From contig JAVKIJ010000096.1 of NCBI GenBank assembly GCA_031459535.1, positions 1 to 10,413 of the forward strand: a stretch of DNA of 10,413 bases, read 5' to 3'. Below the pieces are notes generated by a model. The model made no database searches, was not told the origin of the DNA, and saw only the letters and a list, made by a program, of their open reading frames with translations. Source of the stretch: Candidatus Fervidifonticultor quintus (lineage in GTDB: Bacteria; Sysuimicrobiota; Sysuimicrobiia; Sysuimicrobiales; Humicultoraceae). This document shows, piece after piece, positions 6,663 through 10,413 of this stretch. Position numbers and translations under genes: made by a program. The first letter of the stretch is position 1. Each line of letters starts with the position of its first letter.

Positions 6663-7403
6663 ATGACCCTGGCCGGAGACGCCCACCAGCTCGCCGTGCG
6701 CTATGCGCAGACCCGGGACCCGGCCGCCCGGGAGCAGATGGTGCATGCCTGCACACCGCTGATCCAATACATCGCTTCGCGCTTTCAGGCCCAGGGCATT
6801 CCCAAAGAAGACTTGGTCCAGGCCGGCTACCTGGGCCTGCTGTCGGCCATTGAGACGTTCGACCCCTCGCGGGGCGTGCGTTTCGAGACCTATGCCAATC
6901 CGCTCATCGCCGGCGAGATGCACCACTACGTGCGCAGCAACCTTGGGACCATCCGCCAGCCACGCTGGCTGCGCAAGATCAACCGGCAGATCGACAGGGC
7001 GGTAGACGAGTATCTCGACCGGTACCGTCGGTACCCGACCTTGCACGAGCTGGCCACGGCGCTCAACATCACCGATGACGGCCTCCTGGAGATCCTGCGC
7101 ACCCGCGAGTCGGTCCGCACCTTGTCCCTGGATGCCGAGGAGGACGAAGAGGAGTACCGGATCAACCGGAGGCTCATCCGACACCGCTTCTACCAGTCGT
7201 TCCAGCTCCCCATCGAGGACATGATCGTGCTCTACGACGCCATCGAGCGACTGAGCCTGCTCCAGCGTCGGGTGGTGTTCCACATCTTCTTTCGAGGCGT
7301 CAGCCAGCAGAAAGCCGCCGAGAGCATCGGCATCTCCCAGCGCAGCGTGTCGCGGGTCCTGGCCTCCGCGCTGCGGCAGCTTCGCCACACGCTCACCACG
7401 TAG
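6663..7403 (+). CDS. RNA polymerase sigma-70 factor, group 3, SigB/SigF/SigG family
   Basis: 246 aa. Region 2 EDLVQAGYLGLLSAIETFDPSRGVRFETYA..IAGEM, IRQPR; region 3 PTLHELATALNI and LSLD; region 4 HTH SQQKAAESIGISQRSVSRVLASAL. Strong RBS. Confidence 0.93.
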   Translation: MTLAGDAHQLAVRYAQTRDPAAREQMVHACTPLIQYIASRFQAQGIPKEDLVQAGYLGLLSAIETFDPSRGVRFETYANPLIAGEMHHYVRSNLGTIRQPRWLRKINRQIDRAVDEYLDRYRRYPTLHELATALNITDDGLLEILRTRESVRTLSLDAEEDEEEYRINRRLIRHRFYQSFQLPIEDMIVLYDAIERLSLLQRRVVFHIFFRGVSQQKAAESIGISQRSVSRVLASALRQLRHTLTT

Positions 7404-7416
7404 CCGCCGCCCCCGC

Positions 7417-7439
7417 GTCTGTGGGGGGAGCCCACAGGT
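7417..7439 (+). terminator. Hairpin downstream of the sigma gene (possible terminator or stabiliser)
   Basis: GTCTGTGGG-gggag-CCCACAGGT, starting 13 nt after the stop codon; no U-tract. Confidence 0.35.
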
Positions 7440-7451
7440 AGTCGTCCCCAT

Positions 7452-8134
7452 GTGCAGAACGTTCGCTCAGGGAACGTAACCACACTCCGGGCTTTCTCGG
7501 CCATGGCTGCCACTTCACGTGTTGTAGGTCAGTCGGTCAAGTTGCAGACGGCGCTACACCTCCTGGTCTCTGTCCTGCTGCCCTGGGTCTTCGCGGTGGC
7601 TGCGCTGGTGCTCGCGGCACGGGCGCTCTCCTTCCGCCTGGGACGAATACCGGTACGGCTGGACGAGTCTCTCCTCTTCATGACCGGTGTGCTTCTCGTC
7701 CTGAGCACCATCGACGTCGGCAACTACCGCGCGCTGGCAGCTGACCCCGGGTACGCCCACTTCTCCCCGGCCGCCTTCGCCCTTGCAGGCGAGCTTCGGC
7801 GGATGGGAGTGGAGCACGTCGCGGCGTGCGACTGGGGGGGCTGGCGCGGTTCGTGTACTACTTCTCGCGTGGTCAGGTCAAGACCAGGGAGATCTTCGGC
7901 TATCAGCGCGAGACGCCGTCGCAGTACTTCCGAGACATTGACGGTGCGATCGCCGCTGGGACGACTCACTTCCTGTTCTACGCGGCTCCCTACCGCGTGT
8001 TCCCGCGCGAAACCCACTTTGTTGAGCATGTGGTGCGGCGGGGACTGGGGCTGCGGCGGCACGTGATCTCCGACGCGCATGGCGAGGTGTACATTATGTA
8101 CGAGGTGGTGTGCGATCCGGGTCCAGGTGGCTGA
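7452..8134 (+). pseudogene. Frameshifted membrane-protein gene; resembles the C-terminal part of GT-C (ArnT/PMT-like) glycosyltransferases
   Basis: ORF 7452 has two hydrophobic segments and reads as plausible protein up to VAACDWG. Protein-like sequence continues in the 7826 frame (LARFVYYFSRGQVKTREIFGY...YIMYEV). The switch falls in the G7 run at 7834-7840. The start is uncertain, and the family call is from remembered motif resemblance only. Confidence 0.55.
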
Positions 8135-8173
8135 GCGGTCACCGGTCGCCCGCTCTATTGAACACAGTTCCGC

Positions 8174-8199
8174 GGACTGCCGAGCCCGGAGTTGGGTAA
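8174..8199 (+). promoter_or_regulatory. Putative SigB/SigF-type promoter of the secreted-protein gene
   Basis: GGACT-N15-GGGTAA in the intergenic region upstream of RBS AGGAGG (8236-8241). Confidence 0.5.
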
Positions 8200-8248
8200 T
8201 TGCTCTTCGGGGTCGCTTCATATACCCCCGAGAGAAGGAGGGATGCGC

Positions 8249-10413
8249 ATGAGCGGCGGCTTCCTGGTTACCCTGCTGGTCCTGAGTCTGGCCCTCACAG
8301 CGCTTCCCATCACCCCTGCACGGGCCCAGCCGATCGGGGTGGTCGTCGACGGTGTGCTGGTCCAGTTCGACCAGCCGCCGGCGTCCATCGGCGGCCGCCT
8401 GTTGGTCCCGCTGCGGGGCATCTTCGAGCGGCTCGGCGCTGCAGTGCAGTGGAATCCCGCGACCAACACCATCACGGCGGTGCGTGGCGCCACGCAGGTG
8501 CGGTTGACCGTCGGCGTGCGCCAGGCGCTCATCAACGGCAGCCCCACGACTCTCGACGTTCCGCCGCTCATCGTCAGGGGCCGAACACTGGTGCCCCTGC
8601 GCTTCGTGAGCGAGGCCATGGGCGCCCGGGTCGACTGGGATGATCGGACGCGGACCGTCTACATCACGTCCGCCCAGGCGCAGCCAATTGCCCCGCCGTC
8701 AGGGGCCCTGCCGTCGCCGCCGCCCGTTGCCCTCCCGCCGTCACCGGTCCTGCCATCGCCGCCGACACCGCCGCCTTCCGTCGCGGTCGTCGAGGGCACG
8801 GTCCTGCGGGTTGACAGCCAATCCACGCCGCCCCGCGTCCTGGTGGAACGAGGCGGGCAGATCCATACATTCACCGCGACGCCTGAGACCGCCATCGTCG
8901 AGGTGGACGTGAGCACCGGACGCGAGGTGGCCGTAGCCCTGGCCCGCATCCGCCCCGGCTACCTGGTGCGCATCACAGCCGATGTCCTGGGCCGCGCCAT
9001 CGTGATCCGCGCGTCGGTCCGCGAGCTACGAGGCCGCATTGATGCGGTGACCGACCGGCAGATTGCCCTCGCAGACGGGCAGACGCTCACGCTCGCTGAC
9101 GACGTCCAGATCTTCATTGACGGGCGCCAGGCCGGCCGAGAGCACCTACGGCCCGGCATGGAGGTCACCCTGCGTCTCCACCCGCAGACCGGTGCGGTGC
9201 TGGAAGCGGTGGCGCGGGCGGCCGGGCGGCCCACGCCGGCGGCGTCGCCGGCCGCTCCGGTGCGAATCGCGTCGTTTGGGCACGACGCCCTGCGGCCGCT
9301 CGGAGTGGGTGGCGTCGTGACCGCCACGCTCGAAGGGACGCCGGGCGGGACCGCCACGTTCGACATTGCCGGGGTGGCTTCGGGAATTCCCATGCGCGAG
9401 ATACGCCCGGGCGTCTACCAGGGGACCTACACGGTGCGCGCGGGTGACAACACCACCGCGGCCGCGATCTTCGGGCATCTGCGCGTCGGCGGGCAGGAGG
9501 CGCCCCTGGTGCAGGCCGGGACCGCCGTCACCATTGACACACGGCCGCCAGTCATCGTCGAGCGCGTGCCCGCCGCCGACGCGGTCATCTCGAACGTCCG
9601 TCCCAACATCCTCGTGACCTTCCACGACCAGGGCGGATCGGGTATCAACTCCTCGGCCACCCGCCTGTACGTCAATGGTCAGGACGTCACAGGGACCGCG
9701 ACGGTCGGCGATACCGCCGTTGCCTACAGCCCGCCGGACCCGCTGGCGGACCGCGTGATTGTCCGCATCGTCCTGGCAGACCGGGCGGGCAACGTCACCG
9801 ACAGCCAGTTCGAGTTCAGGATTGTCATGGCGCAGGCGGCGCCCATCCGGTCGGTGACGGTCACGCCCGCCCGGCCGTTGCGGGCTGGTGAGGTCCTCCG
9901 TGTGAGCCTGAGTGGCGATCCGGGAGGCCAGGCCGCGTTTCGCATCGAAGGCCTCGGGGACTGGATCCCCATGGCAGAGGTACAGGACCAGCGGGGGACC
10001 TACGTGGGGTCGTACACGGTCAGGCCGGTCGACCGTGTCCGGAACGCGCGGATCCAGGTGCGGTTGGTCCGCGACGGTGCCCCCGCGTATGCAGAGGCCA
10101 GCACGCGTCTGACGGTCGTGGCCGAAGTCGTGCCAGCCCCGGAGATCACCGCTCCTGCGGCTGGTGCCGCGGTCCGCGCGCCGATCGTCGTCCGGGGCCG
10201 AGCCACCCCCGGGCATCAGGTCACGGTCCGGCTGGACTACAGCGGCAAGGTCCTGTTGTTCGACGTCCGAGGGACGATGGGGCAGCAGACGGCCACCGCG
10301 GATGCCTCGGGCACATGGACCGTGACCTTCAATCAGAACGCGCCGGTGACCGACGCGGAGATCACGATCACCGCCACGGCCATCGACCAGCTCAACCGCC
10401 GCTCGCGGGAGAC
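8249..10413 (+). CDS. Secreted multidomain protein: signal peptide, copper amine oxidase N-terminal-like (stalk) domain, Pro-rich linker, two OB-like repeats, several Ig-like/beta-sandwich domains; 3'-truncated by the window edge
   Basis: Absent from the ORF track because there is no stop in the window. RBS AGGAGG lies 7 nt before ATG 8249 (alternative ATG 8243). Translates MSGGFLVTLLVLSLALTALPITPARA|QPIGVVVDG...GRLLVPLRGIFERLGAAVQWNPATNTITA...GRTLVPLRFVSEAMGARVDWDDRTRTVYI. Frame stays open for more than 720 codons to ...AIDQLNRRSRE. Confidence 0.92.
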   Translation, partial: MSGGFLVTLLVLSLALTALPITPARAQPIGVVVDGVLVQFDQPPASIGGRLLVPLRGIFERLGAAVQWNPATNTITAVRGATQVRLTVGVRQALINGSPTTLDVPPLIVRGRTLVPLRFVSEAMGARVDWDDRTRTVYITSAQAQPIAPPSGALPSPPPVALPPSPVLPSPPTPPPSVAVVEGTVLRVDSQSTPPRVLVERGGQIHTFTATPETAIVEVDVSTGREVAVALARIRPGYLVRITADVLGRAIVIRASVRELRGRIDAVTDRQIALADGQTLTLADDVQIFIDGRQAGREHLRPGMEVTLRLHPQTGAVLEAVARAAGRPTPAASPAAPVRIASFGHDALRPLGVGGVVTATLEGTPGGTATFDIAGVASGIPMREIRPGVYQGTYTVRAGDNTTAAAIFGHLRVGGQEAPLVQAGTAVTIDTRPPVIVERVPAADAVISNVRPNILVTFHDQGGSGINSSATRLYVNGQDVTGTATVGDTAVAYSPPDPLADRVIVRIVLADRAGNVTDSQFEFRIVMAQAAPIRSVTVTPARPLRAGEVLRVSLSGDPGGQAAFRIEGLGDWIPMAEVQDQRGTYVGSYTVRPVDRVRNARIQVRLVRDGAPAYAEASTRLTVVAEVVPAPEITAPAAGAAVRAPIVVRGRATPGHQVTVRLDYSGKVLLFDVRGTMGQQTATADASGTWTVTFNQNAPVTDAEITITATAIDQLNRRSRE

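Noticed and set aside
8160-8170. GAAC-ACA-GTTC, resembling a Gram-positive LexA (Cheo) box; also GAACGTTC at 7457-7464
   Set aside because: Spacers are 3 and 0 nt instead of the required 4 (GAAC-N4-GTTC), and there is no SOS-type gene context.
8249-8670. Calling the last gene a copper amine oxidase enzyme
   Set aside because: Only the non-catalytic N-terminal stalk-like domain is recognisable. The rest looks like repeated beta-rich structural domains.
8680-8780. CCG-rich low-complexity tract as a DNA repeat element
   Set aside because: Explained by the encoded Pro-rich linker (PPSGALPSPPPVALPPSPVLPSPPTPPPS).
8200-9617. Short + strand ORFs 8200-8643, 8640-8912, 9063-9320 and 9366-9617
   Set aside because: Out-of-frame shadows of the long CDS starting at 8249, which has an RBS, a signal peptide and recognisable domains.
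1-10413. CRISPR array, tRNA/rRNA, transposase, integrase or phage genes
   Set aside because: No regularly spaced direct repeats, RNA-gene signatures or mobile-element protein motifs were seen by eye.

Overview
GC-rich bacterial window with all credible genes on the + strand. (1) The 3' part of a peptide/nickel-family ABC operon: substrate-binding protein plus two permeases, with no ATPase in view. (2) A c-di-GMP-I (GEMM-I) riboswitch whose P1 stem overlaps a terminator-like hairpin (predicted ON switch), directly upstream of four type IV minor pilin/pseudopilin genes in FimU-PilV-PilW-PilX order. The PilX-like member is a 577-aa protein with seven Cys pairs. (3) A SigB/SigF-family sigma-70 factor with altered promoter-reading motifs. 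(4) A membrane-protein gene broken by a frameshift in a G7 run. (5) A large secreted protein with a Cu-amine-oxidase-N (stalk) domain and repeated beta-rich domains, which runs off the window and is missing from the ORF track. Main inference: one bipartite motif, GGWCT-N15/16-GGGYA, precedes the riboswitch-pilin operon, the sigma gene and the secreted-protein gene. This suggests a small sigma regulon in which pilus-tip expression needs both the alternative sigma factor and c-di-GMP. The gene style is reminiscent of Armatimonadota-like bacteria, but this is an unverified impression.
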